This document shows, in pieces, positions 25,780-37,800 of a stretch of 64,000 nucleotides of DNA (its first letter is position 1; every line of letters starts with the position of its first letter). Made by a program: the position numbers and the translations under genes. Under the pieces are notes generated by a model. It did not search any database, had not been told where the DNA came from, and saw nothing but the letters and a program-made list of their open reading frames with translations. This DNA is from Callorhinchus milii (lineage: Eukaryota), in assembly GCF_018977255.1 (NCBI RefSeq), contig NW_024704743.1:8248001-8312000 (forward strand), read 5' to 3'.

Positions 25780-26513
25780 ACAACAACAAGATTACATTAG
25801 TATAGCGCCTTTTGCGTCGGGAGAACGTCCCAAGGCGCTGGACAGACAGTGTACAGCATTTCAGACCCGAGCTGGTGTCGGGAGGGGGGGTGGGTAGAAG
25901 GGAGGGGAGGGGAAGGGAGGTGGCCGATGGCATGGTCAATGAGGAAGGTCTTGAGGCAGGACTTGAAGGAAGCTAAGGAGGGGGCGAGGCGGAGTGACTG
26001 GGGGATGGAATTCCAGTGGTTGGGGGCAGAGTGGCTGAAGGCTCTCCCGCCAATGGTGGGGCGGGTGGGTCAGGGGAAGTGGAGCCGGCTGAGGGGAAGG
26101 GAGCGGGCGGGTTAGTAGGGGGTTAGGAGGTCGCAGAGGTAGGGTGGGGCGAGGCCATGGAGGGCTTTGTAGGTGAGGACCAGGATCTTGAACTGGATCC
26201 TCTGAAGGATAGGGAACCAATGAAATCGGGTGAGAATGGGGGAGATGGGGTCACAGAGTTTGGTGCGGGAGAGGACACGGGCTGCAGTGTTCTGGATTAT
26301 CTGCAACCTGTGGAGGGAGGAGTTGGGAAGGCCGACAAGCAGGGAGTTTGCGTAGTTGAGTCTGGAAGTGATGAAGGCATGAACAAGAGTTTCAGCGGCC
26401 TGAGGGATGAGGTAATGGCGGAGTTGGACAATGTTACGGAGGTGAGGAAAGGCAGAGCGGGTCATGGCTTGGATGTGGGGAAGAAAAGACAGTTGAGGGT
26501 CGAACAAGACACC
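25780..26513 (-). mobile_element. L2 LINE 3' fragment
   Basis: FDPQLSFLPHI..LVHAFITSRLNYANSLLVGLP..FHWFPILQRIQFKIL peptide; (CAA)n tail. Confidence 0.9.
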
Positions 26514-27156
26514 TAGTAATTAAGTACACACTGCTAAATGGACTTGCAGCTGCAGTTTTCCGTAAGTGCCCCTGACACATTTTTGTGTTTGTCAAAGCAA
26601 TTCGAACGACATACAGAAGTTAGTCAGGTTAAAAAAAATTACCAGCAGTAATAGTCGCAAAAGGACTATTGTACATGTTGATCGTTTTCAGACTGTTATT
26701 TCTCTATAAGACAATGCTTGTGTTTAATGTTAGTATCTGTATCTAATGGCATGATCAGACAACGATGAATCTGCAACATCCTATAACTTGCAAGAAGCCA
26801 AACAGAATCTTTCAAGCAGGTGCAGAGCTCTTAGAACTAAACAACACAGCTTCCGGAAATGTGTCCCAATTCTGACTGTCTCCCAGTCTTAAACTTGGTC
26901 AAAATGATTATGTGACTAAATGGTTACTAAGTGCATTCATTTATACTTGCAACAGCAATCCATTTGATCTCGCCAGCCAAAGTGGCATTTCACTTAATAG
27001 AAATGGACAATCCTATTCCAATGAAACTTTTGTACATCAGTTAAAAGAGCTCCACAGAGAATTATTTTGCATTAGAAGTACAGAAAAAAGCAAACAGAGA
27101 GAGATGAAGCAATCAATTTAAGAAGCAAATCATCTTAAAAGAAGAAACCAAAGTAC

Positions 27157-27297
27157 CTTTTCATTAGTATATTCACTGACATATAAAGTTTGGCCACGTT
27201 CATCCATTTCTTCCGACCAACCACGTGGAGGTGAATCAAACTGATTATCTGAATAACTGGAGAAAGTGCTGCGGCTGTTTTCATCTGTGATGTGATG
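27157..27297 (-). CDS. ARHGAP12: ARHGAP12 exon, 141 nt, phase 0-0: HHITDENSRSTFSSYSDNQFDSPPRGWSEEMDERGQTLYVSEYTNEK
   Basis: Acceptor cttccag, donor AAG|gtactt. SPPRGWSEE.DERG.TLY is a degenerate WW-like segment. Confidence 0.92.
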
Positions 27298-29760
27298 CTG
27301 GAAGCAGTTAGAGAAGGAACATGTTCTGCTTTATGTGTCTGATTATGTAAGCTTTAAGCATTTGAGAATTGCTGAAAAAATGCAGAAGGAGACACAGATT
27401 TCCCTTTGACAGAATGTCTCCCCATAAGATTAAAAGCTGAGAAAGCAGAAATCAACAACAATCATGTCAAGAGTTGTAAAACACTATTCAAATTTAAACA
27501 GCTGTATTATATATGGTTTCCAACTCTTCTCTAACAGATTAAAATTATGCAAATAATGCGACTACATCCAAACCAGGTTTAATATATATTCACAACATCT
27601 GTTGCTAAATATACACACTATCCATTAAGAACTTCATGCAGACTGCTCCTTACTTGCTCAATTACCTCTTATTTAAATAATCTTCAATTACACTGTAGAC
27701 ATGGAGGAAGTGAAAGTTGAACTGGGGAACCTTGTCATAGTGCAACCAGTTGGGTCCAATATCTCACTGACCATCTTGTAAGCAAAGTGTGAAGAAATGG
27801 CCAAATTCTGGTTCAGTGTATCGCTGATGATGTCAATTCCTGTGTGCTGCATAGAATATCACTTCCTGTGCAATTTACAAATTTCAGCATCACATACTGC
27901 ACACAGCAACTTTCACTTATATATAGCGCCCCTACCCAGGCGAGCACTTTCTGTGTGCTGCGTATGTACACACAGAAAAGAGAGTTAGCAGTGCAAGTGA
28001 CCCGCTGATCTGTAAGCTGGACATTTGTGTGTGGAATGTTGGCTAATCAGTGCTGGTAAACAGTTGTACCATTTTCTAACCAGTCCCATATTACCAAAGG
28101 ACTCAATAGCAGGGTTCCTCTCAACTACCAAGATTCATGGGCACGAATTAACACTGCTGTCACAGCTTCTAACCGATCTATATTTCACCTACAAAATAGT
28201 AATTGGACTTTACGGTATACCCTGTGCAGCGCAATGGGACGCCCTCTTGTGAAAGGTGCTATATCAAATGTAAAGATGATAAATATTAATATATGATGAT
28301 GATCACCAGTTTTCTTTTCATTTCCTCCATATGATTTTGAGGTTTATCTGTCAGTTTTTCTCATGAGATGTCCTCAGACCATTTGCCAACTGTGATTTGA
28401 TCCCCAGCCTCATCAACTGAGTACTAGCTGGAGCTAAGCAAATAGTCAAGTGGCACAATGTTGCCAAAAAATGCAAAATGTTCCAAACAGTGCTGTGCAA
28501 AAATCTGTAGCCCTACAGGACTATTGAACCTACGGATACTGCTTTGAAGTAGGATTTCAATATGATTTAGTATTAATAGCTGATCACACCCAGGGTTATA
28601 AGAAGTTTCAGCTATCCTGCCTGTGATACAACAGTTGAATACTAAGTGAAAATCAGTATCTAGATTCAAACATAAAGAATGTCCATTTGGGTGAGGTACC
28701 AGGAATAGTGCTAACACCAACGTCTTTGGAATCACATCCAAGTACGACACATGGCTTTAAGATAAGCGAGAACAACTAAGAGGGAAAAGATGCAGCAGTA
28801 TCATGCACAATTTAGGTCAATTGTTAAACGAATGTTTGAAGGAGTGCCCTGAAGATACATTTAGAATACATCCCCCGATCTGCCAATATTTAGTGCAGAT
28901 TCCGAAAACTGTCAGTCAATGAACATATTTTATAATTTCAAAAATGAATATCCTGCACACGCAAATTTAGTATGAAGTCTAATTAAACCTTGAGGTGTCA
29001 AGTTGGATCAGTTGGTAACACTTGAACCTCAAAAGATTGTGGGTTGAAGCCCCAAGTGAGGATTTGAACTCACTTTCTGTCTGACACTAGTGCAGTACTC
29101 GAGGAAGACGACTGCATTGATCATGGTCATATTTACATAATACACACACAATGACTCTGGCTTGAAGGCATCCTTCCGATTCCAAAGTTTGCCATATTCA
29201 ATTTGATCTGATCAGTCTGTTCCTCAGGATTAGCCTGTCAACCACTATCATTTTGCAGCAGATTCTCTGGCAAAGCATAAGCTTCAAACCAAACACAAAG
29301 ACTCCAATGCTCTCCAACACAAGTGGCCCCACTGACCCTCCAGATTGAATTTACAAATTCAACTGAGCTGAGGTGGACCGTAATTGTCTACAAATCTAAA
29401 TCACGGCCACAAACAAACAGGAAAATAAAAAAGTGTACTTTAAATTCAAATGAAGTACTAGTTTAAAAACAGTAATTGATGGTTAAAGAAAATTGTGACT
29501 GAGCAATTCACATACAAATAAAAAATAAACATACCAACAATGGACTATATTCTGTGGTCTGATGCCACTCGGTAATTTTATGTTTAGGTACATGCATGCT
29601 GTTATGTATGTACTCTGTTTATTCCCTTCCTAACATTACACAAACATCCCTAAACTTCCCACAAGAAAATAAAATTCACTGTTATGTGAAATCATTTTCT
29701 GAGCCTCGAGTGTTAAAATAAATAATAATAATCCTTGCATTTGACATAGTGCCTCATCCT

Positions 29761-30045
29761 GTGGAGTCTTGTAGCTCAGTGGTTAGAGCACTCGCCTCGA
29801 AAGCGAGAGAGTTGGGCAAGTTTCTTTACTCCACACGCTTCTGTTTACCTAGTAGTAAGTAGGAACCCGGTTTCTAGTAGATTGGTGAATCGCTTTTCCG
29901 GGGGTAATAATTCCTTCAAAATAATAATAATAATAAATTGATCACTCAATCCGCGACTGTTTGTGGGACACTGCTATGCACAACTGGCTGCCACATATCG
30001 CCCACAAAATATACAGTCAATTCACTTTACAGTATATTCTGTACA
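29761..30045 (+). mobile_element. tRNA/Deu SINE, longer (older) subfamily, B-box region deleted
   Basis: gtggagtcttgtagctcagtggttagagc head, extra ctgtttacctagtagtaagtaggaacccgg segment, Deu core. Confidence 0.85.
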
Positions 30046-31139
30046 TACTTCACAGTATATACAGAATACACGCTTCACAGAATATACCATAAAGTGAACT
30101 GTGGACAAAAAAATAGTATTTTAGAGCTAGATAAATGCAACAATAAACAGCAACAGTTAGTAGGCAATGTGTGTATGAAAAAGTATAATTAGCTCATCCC
30201 TTTACTCATGGTCCAGTTTTAGGCCCTAGTAAAAAGAAATTAAAAGCAAGGGATTATAAGCATAGTTTTGCTCTATGAAGGAAATGGAGAAAAAAAGATG
30301 TTGGGATATTTGACATTTATCAAACTTTTTAAGATGATGTAGAAAACTCAAAAAATGCGCTTGTAAAAAGGTAGATTATGCAAAACGAGTACAGAAAAGA
30401 ACATTTAAATTGGTATCTGACAGATAATGATAGGATAAAGTTTGGGTGTGACCCTCTACAAGAACATTTGGGTTGACAATCCTGTTCACATAACTGAGAG
30501 CAAGTATGATGTCAAGACTTTTCTAATGTCTTTTCGTGGCGATGCCCTACTTGCCTTCTCTATAAAGAGAAGTTCAGAAACAAAAGCAACAGGAAATCTA
30601 CAAAGGAAACGTAAGGGTCAAGAGGAAACATTTTGGTATGGGAAGGAATTTCAATTAAACAAATGTCAGGAGCAGAGGGAGAGCAGAAGGGGAACAAGAG
30701 GAAAAATAAAGCTTGGGAAAACTATAAGTAAAAGCCTAAAAAAGATCATCTATAATTAGGTGTAAGCAGAGAAATAGACTGCATATGAAAGTCAACATGC
30801 TATGCAAAATATAAATCCCCCCAACATGATAGGTGCTATATATCAAGTAAATATGAACATAATTATGTATTGTATTGTTATTAAAATGCTCAATAATAAG
30901 TTGCACCTTAAAATATTTTTCTAACTGCAGTGTGTGTATCTGCAATAAGTAATAATAATAATTCTTGCATTTGATGTAGTGCCTTATCATGTCTTCGAGA
31001 CATCTCAAAATGCTTCACAGAATATACTGTAAAGTAAATTGACTATATATTTTGTGGGCGAAAGTAAAAGAGGACTTAGAGCTAAGTGAACTTTTTTTTG
31101 TTTTACATAGTAACTTAGAAATGTATTGCTGGCAAAAGA

Positions 31140-31950
31140 ATCATAGAATCGTACAGCACAAAAGGAGGCTATTCGGCCCATCGAGTCTGTGCCGTCTCTT
31201 TGAGAAGAACAATGTAATGTCAATCCCACTCCCCAGCCCTTTCCCCATAACCCTGCAAACACATCCTCCTTAAATACCCGTCCACCTCGTTTTTAAAAGT
31301 AGTTATCGAATTGGCCTCGACCACCCTTTCAGGCAATGCGTTCCAGATTCGAACAACTCCCTGCGTGAAAAATTTCTTCTCACCTCCCCTCGGCTTCTTT
31401 TAGATACTATTTTGAATCTGTGACCTCGAGTCACCGACACACCCACCAGTGGAAACAGTTTTTCCCTTTCTAACCTATCAAATCCCCTCATGATTTTGAA
31501 GACCTATATTAGGTCTCCTCATAATCTTTTCTGCTCCAATGAGAATAATCCTAACCTCTCTGGCCTTTCCTCATAATCAGGGTCCCTCATTCCTGGTTCC
31601 CTCCTTGTAAATCTCCTCTGTACCCTTTCCAATGCCTTAACATCCCTCCTATAGTGTGGTGCCCAGAACTGGGCGCAGTATTCTAACTGAGGCCTAACCA
31701 GTGTTTTTTATAGGTTAATCATAATCTCATGACTCTTGTACTCTATGCCCCTATTTATAAAGCCTAGTGCCCCACATGCCCTTTTTACAGCTTTATCTAC
31801 CTGTCCTGCCACCTTCAAGGATTCATTTACCTGAACCCCCAGGTCTCTCTATTCTTGCACCCCCCTTAAGATTGTATTACCAGCCTATATTGCCTCCCCT
31901 CATTCTTTCTACCAAAATGCATTACCTCGCATTTCTCTACATTGAAATTC
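31140..31950 (-). mobile_element. CR1 LINE 3' fragment
   Basis: MRGFDRLEREKLFPLVGVSVTRGHRFKI peptide; terminus reading atcatagaatc on the + strand. Confidence 0.88.
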
Positions 31951-32165
31951 AGGCTAAGGACAATATGGTAAAATGAGTGGATTTGTCATTCTCTCTATGT
32001 CCCGTGCAAATTTAATAATGAATCATTCATAAGGAATATCTTGTGAAAAAAAGATGCCTCAGTGTTAATTTGACAAAATATTCCTAGTTTGTTCATTGTT
32101 TGCACTTATTGATGCAAAATATTAAGTTGGCCATCAATGCTTTTTTAAAAATATTACTACTTATC

Positions 32166-32396
32166 CTTGGGCAAGTTTCCTTACGCCACACGCCTAATAA
32201 TAATCACTCAAAAAAAACAATAATAAATTGGTCACTTCAATCCACGACTGTTTGTAGGATACTGCTGTGCGCAATTGGCTGCCGCGTTTCACCCACAAAT
32301 ATACGGTCAATTCACTTTACAGCACATTCTGTGAAGCACTTTGAGACGTCTAGAAGACGTGAAAAGCGCTATATCAAATGCAATGATTATTATTAT
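32166..32396 (+). mobile_element. 5'-truncated tRNA/Deu SINE
   Basis: Runs from ccttgggcaagtttcctta through the Deu core to the (TAT)n tail. Confidence 0.85.
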
Positions 32397-33179
32397 TCAA
32401 AGCTGGGTAGATCTGTTTACTTCAGTTTGCACTGAACATTCCAATTTTTTAAAGGTTATAATACTTGAAAAAAAGACCTAATGGTTAGCATTTAATATTT
32501 CCATTACAAACATCAAACCACACGTCAAATAATTTTGCCAATATAGGTGGTTAACTAAAATGTGTTTAAAAATCACGCCAGTGCAGGTTGTATAATAATA
32601 ATAATCTCTGCATTTGATATAGTGCCTTATCTCCCTGCTTGTCAGCCTCCTCAACTCTTCCCTCCACAAGCTGCAGATCATCCACAACTCTGCACCATCT
32701 CCTGCACCAGTCTCCGTGACCCCATCACCACCACCCTCGCCCGTTTGCACATCTCCCCAGAGGAGAGTGTTCAAAATCCTCATCCTCGCCTTCAAGGTCC
32801 TCTACAGCCTTGCTCCTTCCTACCTCGCGACCTGCTGACCCCATAGCAACCTGTCCGCTCCCTCTGCTCAGTTGAGTGTCATCTATACAGCATACGATTA
32901 CCACTGCAAAGTTACTCTTGAGTGTATTGACATTTACAAGGCACACAATACATATCAAAATCCATACATACCACCTAAAACTTCAAAAAAAATATTGTCC
33001 CGTCCAAAGCAAGATTTCAGCTCTGTATATGCTCTATGGTGTTGCTGATAACAATGATAAATAGTTTTCCTCTATAGATTACTAAACACGTTGGCTGACA
33101 TTGGCTGTAATGTTAACAATTTTCTCAAGACACATTTCAACATTATGTTCAATTAAACACTTCTTTCTAGGGTACTTAC

Positions 33180-33446
33180 TGCATGGTTTATTGAATCACC
33201 CTGACTACCATGTTCCTTATTAATGGAATCTCTTGTCCCCCGAGGGGGTTTCCAGCTTCTCTCCTGTGATCCCTTGTTATAATAATATGTACGTCCTGTG
33301 GCATCTTTGTGCATCTCCCAATCTCCGAGCACTTGTATGGGGCTGCTTTTGGGAACTGGGGGCAGATTCGCTTGCGACATTTTCAGATCCTGCAAGTTTG
33401 CATACACCGGCGAATCGGGTCTCGTCGGTCCTGCCGGTGAGGGCGT
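33180..33446 (-). CDS. ARHGAP12: ARHGAP12 exon, 267 nt, phase 0-0: TPSPAGPTRPDSPVYANLQDLKMSQ...GDWEMHKDATGRTYYYNKGSQERSWKPPRG...INHA (first WW domain)
   Basis: Acceptor ttcacag, donor GCA|gtaagt. WW motif W..YYY..W.PP is present. Confidence 0.93.
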
Positions 33447-33589
33447 CTGTGAAGTGAAAGCTAATGGTTAATAACACAGCTTCAGATTTGCTTCATTTAC
33501 CTGACATTTCTCATCTTTCTGAATGTATTTGACATTAGGGAAATAATAGAGCAATAGTACAACAATGACATATCACACAAATGCCAGAT

Positions 33590-34560
33590 GTTTTTCCTGA
33601 TATTGGTTTCTGGATCATCTCTCCTCTCTCATCCTCCTTTGTGGGACCACACTTTCCAAACCCAATCCTACTTGACCCATTACTTCCAATTTGTTTCTTC
33701 CAATGGCTTCTCATCTCAAATTTGCACATTCACATATGGTGTACTTTTAGGTCTCTATCCTCGGTTCCCCTTTTCCTTATCCACATGCTCTCCCTCAATG
33801 ACATCAGCTGCAAACACAGGGTTAGTTAGTACATATGGTTGACGCTCATATCCACCTCTATACTTCTATTCTTGATTCCTGCCCATTGAAATTTTGACCA
33901 TGTGTCACAAGTCCTGGATGAGTCCCAACTTTACTCAGCAAAAACAGGACAAGATTCTTTGTTCTAGACAAGTGCAATAAATATTTAGATGACTACGGTA
34001 GAAAACTCTCTTTCCTCCCTTGCATCTGGTCCCTGATCTCTTGGGGTTCTCACCTTTCTTCATCCTTACCACATCACCCAGCGCTATTCCAACCTCGAAC
34101 CCAAATGCTGTCAAAATCCTATTAATATTCACGCCTTTGGCACCTCCAGACTCAACTTTTCAAATGTCCTAATCGTCAGCATTCCCAGCTCCCTCCTCCA
34201 CAAGCTCCAGTTCATCCAAAACTCCACTGCCTGCAACTTTATCTGCACAAAGCGTTGCATGCCATCAGTCCATTGTGGTCATACTCTACTATCTTCCTAC
34301 GAACTTCCTCACTCTCTCCAACAAACCCCTTCATGTCCTCACTCCACGCCTGTATGATCTTCACTAGCCTCACATTTCTGCTCAGTCCTTACATTCGGCA
34401 AATGGTTTGCTGCACGTCCCCCATTCGTTCTGACAGAGCCTTTAGCCATTTTGTCCCCTCCATCTGGACTCAACCTTTCTCAACCACACTTGATCCTCAA
34501 AAGCTGCCTAAAACCCTATCTGTTCAATCTTTTGAGCACCTCCCTCCTTTCCTGTTCATT
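33590..34560 (+). mobile_element. Highly degenerate L2 fragment
   Basis: Pyrimidine-rich L2-like motifs cacctccagactcaact..., ctccacaagctccagttcatccaaaactc. Confidence 0.6.
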
Positions 34561-36194
34561 CTTGTAGCTTTTGGAATGCAAGTGCAAACCAAGAAATAAC
34601 ATGACATCTTTCACTTAAGAAAACGACACAGTAGTTGGATACTACAGAATATCATACAAGCCATCTTTAGCGAAGCAAGAACTGCACAACTGCTTATACA
34701 TGTGCCAACTATCTGCATGTCCACTTATCAGCATTAGGCTGACAGCACAAAGGTATGTGTTTGCATTTTTATACAGTGTACGATTAGGTACAATAAAAGG
34801 CAGAAATACTGTTAGAGAAAGTCAAAGAGAAGCAGATGGAGAAAAGGCTAAGAGTGAAAGTGACAGTAAGAGGTAGAGAGCAGCAGAGAGTGAGAGAAGA
34901 AAGGGTTGGCAGTGCAGTTCTACCGGAACAGCAAACAGCAGTTCCTAATGGCACTGTGTTTTAGTTGACTATGCAGCCGAAGATGTATTTTGCACAATGA
35001 CCAATTATCTGCATTGTTTTCTTATCCACAATGGAGCTGATCCAAAACAGTGTGCATAAATCCACTTTTTACTGTAGCTATCTACAGATTTATTGCACCT
35101 GTCAGACTGAGAATGTTTGACACCATTACTTTTGTGATACTCTGTGACTGTAGAAAATTGATGATGCAATTCAGTTTCAAACTGCATCTGAGTTAAGCCA
35201 AGTATTTCCTCTTCCTCAACCTTACTTGATTTATATTTATTTGACTTTAACATAATTAGGTAGAGTGAGACAGCATGGAAAAGTGGACAACTAGTCCATG
35301 TTTATACTCCACACAAGCTCCCCACCCCTTCTATTCCCCTCAATTATACCCCTACACTCCTTTCTCCCACATGTGGGAACTCCAGGATGCTTTGTGTGCC
35401 CTGCATAAATATGTGTGTAGAAAGCGCCTCTGGCTACTCGAACTTGAGCTCAAGGAGAGGCTGGTGTCACTACATAGCAAACAGGGGGCTGAAGGGTTCA
35501 TGGATCGAACGTTTCAGGAGGTGGTCACCACGCAGCCACAAAGGGTTCAGAAGGAGAGTGAATGGGTGATCACCCGGAATGGTAGGAAGAGAGGACGGGC
35601 AGTGCAGAAATCTCCTGAGAGTGTGGCACTCGCAAACCTGGTCACTGTATTGAATACCGGAGAGGGTGATGGCACCTCTGGAGAGGGGAGTCAAATTGGT
35701 GCACAGGGATACACAGGGAAAAGTAGACACGCGTTTCTGCAACCAAAGATGTGACTCTCACATGGTATGTTGCCTCCCTGGCGTCAGGGTTGATGACATC
35801 ACAGAACGGGTGCAAAACATTCTTCAGGGGGAAGGGGAATATCCAGAAGTCATGGTCCATGTTGGGATCCATGACACAGGGAAAAAAAGGGCTGAGATCC
35901 TACAGGGAGAGTATCAGAAGCTAGGAAAAAAGCTAAATAGTAGGACCTCCAAGGTGGTGATCTCTGGATTACTCCCAGTGCCTCGTGCAAGTGAGTTTCA
36001 AAACAGCAGGATCAAACACATGAATGCATCTCTGGAGAAATGGTGCAGAAAGGAGGGCTTCAGGTTCCTGGCTCATTGGGACCAGTTCTGGGACATGTGG
36101 GACTTGTATAAGGTGGATGGTTACACCTGAACAGGGCTGGGACCAATGTGCTTCCAGTGAGATTAACTAGTGCTGTGGGGAAGGATTTAAACTA

Positions 36195-36965
36195 CAACAA
36201 CAACAACAAGATTGCATGTATAGAGCGCCTTTCACGACGGGAGGACGTCCCAAGGCGCTGTACAGTTGGGTCAGGACCCGAGCAGGGGAGAAATGGTCAT
36301 GGTGAGGGGAGGGAAGCGAGGGAGCGAGGAGTGTGTAGAGAGTCGAGAGGGGAGCTGATGGCACGGTCAAAGAGAAAGGTCATGAGATCGGCCTTGTGGA
36401 ATCCTGTAGCTCAGTGTTTATAGCACTCGCTTTGCAAGTGAGAGACCTGAGTTCAATTCCAGGCAGAGGGCGAAACCTTGGGCAAGTTTCCTTACTCCAC
36501 ACGCTTAATAATAATCCCTTCATAAAACCAAAAACAATGATAAAAATTGGTCATTTTCAATCTACGACTGTTTGTGGGACATTGCTGTGCGCAATTGGCT
36601 GCCGCGTTCGCACACAAATATACTCTCATTTCACTTTACAGTGTGTTCTGTGAAGCGCTTTGGGACGTCCTCCCGACGTGAAAAACGCTATATCAAATGC
36701 AAGGATTATTATTATTATTGTTGAAGGAGGAAATGGTGGAGGCAAGGCGAAGGCACTAGGGGATAGAGTTCCAAAGCCTAGGGGATGAGAGGCTGAAGGT
36801 CCGGCCACCGATGGTAGGGCGGTTGGGGCGGGGGATGTGGAGCAGACCGGAGCCAGAGGAAAAGAGGGCAGGCAGGTAGGGGGATAATAGGTCAGAGAGG
36901 TAGGAGGGAGCAAGGCCGTGAATGGATAAGGATAAGGATGGTGAGGATAAGGATCTTGAAATCGA
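36195..36965 (-). mobile_element. L2 3' fragment inserted in the CR1 (itself split by a SINE)
   Basis: (CAA)n tail at 36195; flanking aaacta duplication at 36189-36194 and 36966-36971. Confidence 0.85.
36396..36718 (+). mobile_element. Young full-length tRNA/Deu SINE
   Basis: Complete from head gtggaatcctgtagctcag to the (TAT)n tail. Confidence 0.92.
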
Positions 36966-37493
36966 AAACTAATTTCGAGGGGGGAAGGGAATCAAGATGT
37001 AGCATCAAAGAGGCCAAACAAGTTACATAGAGGGCTAGGAGAGACGGATAGCAATGTAATAAAGAGTAGTCCGGAAAAAGGAGGGATTAGACAGGGGAGA
37101 AATGCAAAGCAGACTCAAGTCAGTCTTGTAGGGCATGTATATAAATGCACAAAGTGTGACAAATAAAATTGGTGAGTTGCAGGCTCAAGCCACATGGGGT
37201 TATATAGTGGCAATAACGGAGATCTGACCCAAACGAGAGAGAGATAGGGAAGGAAAAAAAGGAGGGGTTGGCAATATTGATTAAAGACACGGTTAAGGCC
37301 CTGGCCGATGTATTGGAGGGTCCAAAAACAGAATCTATTTGGTTAGAGTTAAGGAGCAGAAAAGGAGCTGTTACTCTGTTAGGTGTATACTATAGATCAC
37401 CAAATAGTAAGAAGGAGACAGACGAGCAAATCTGCAAGCAGATTTCAGAAAGAAGCAAAACCGATAGAGTAGTGATAATGGGAGACTTCAATT

Positions 37494-37800
37494 ATTATAA
37501 TAATAATAATCCTTGCATTTGATGTAGCGCTTTTCACGTCTTCTAGACGTACCAAAGCGCTTCACAGAATATACTGTAAAGTGAATTGACTGTATATTTG
37601 TGGGCGAACGCGGCAGCCAATTGCGCACAGCAATGTCCCACAAACGTCATGGATTGAAAATGACCAATTTATTATTGTTTTTGGTTTTGGAGGGATTATT
37701 ATTAGGCGTGTGGAGTAAGAAAACTTGCCCAAGGTTTCGCCCTGCCTGGAATTGAACTCAGGTCTCTCACTTGCAAAGTGAGTGCTCTAACCACTGAGCT
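37494..37800 (-). mobile_element. Young tRNA/Deu SINE inserted into the CR1 endonuclease region
   Basis: Splits GDFNY|(P)DIDW; family consensus match. Confidence 0.92.

Larger units (their letters stand above)
1297..33446 (-). other. ARHGAP12: Span of identified coding exons of a Rho GTPase-activating protein 12 gene (partial; gene extends beyond both ends of this span)
   Basis: 13 core exons with GT-AG boundaries join in one frame. The peptides match my recollection of vertebrate ARHGAP12 (SPVYANLQ, WW motifs, EKYGLLNVTKI, FLTRRPTLQAV, DQVFG, GLYRVSGNLAVIQKLRFAVNH). Confidence 0.93.

Noticed and set aside
28330..28750. Possible Penelope-like or other retroelement coding remnant
   Set aside because: Resemblance too faint to support by eye; needs a profile search.
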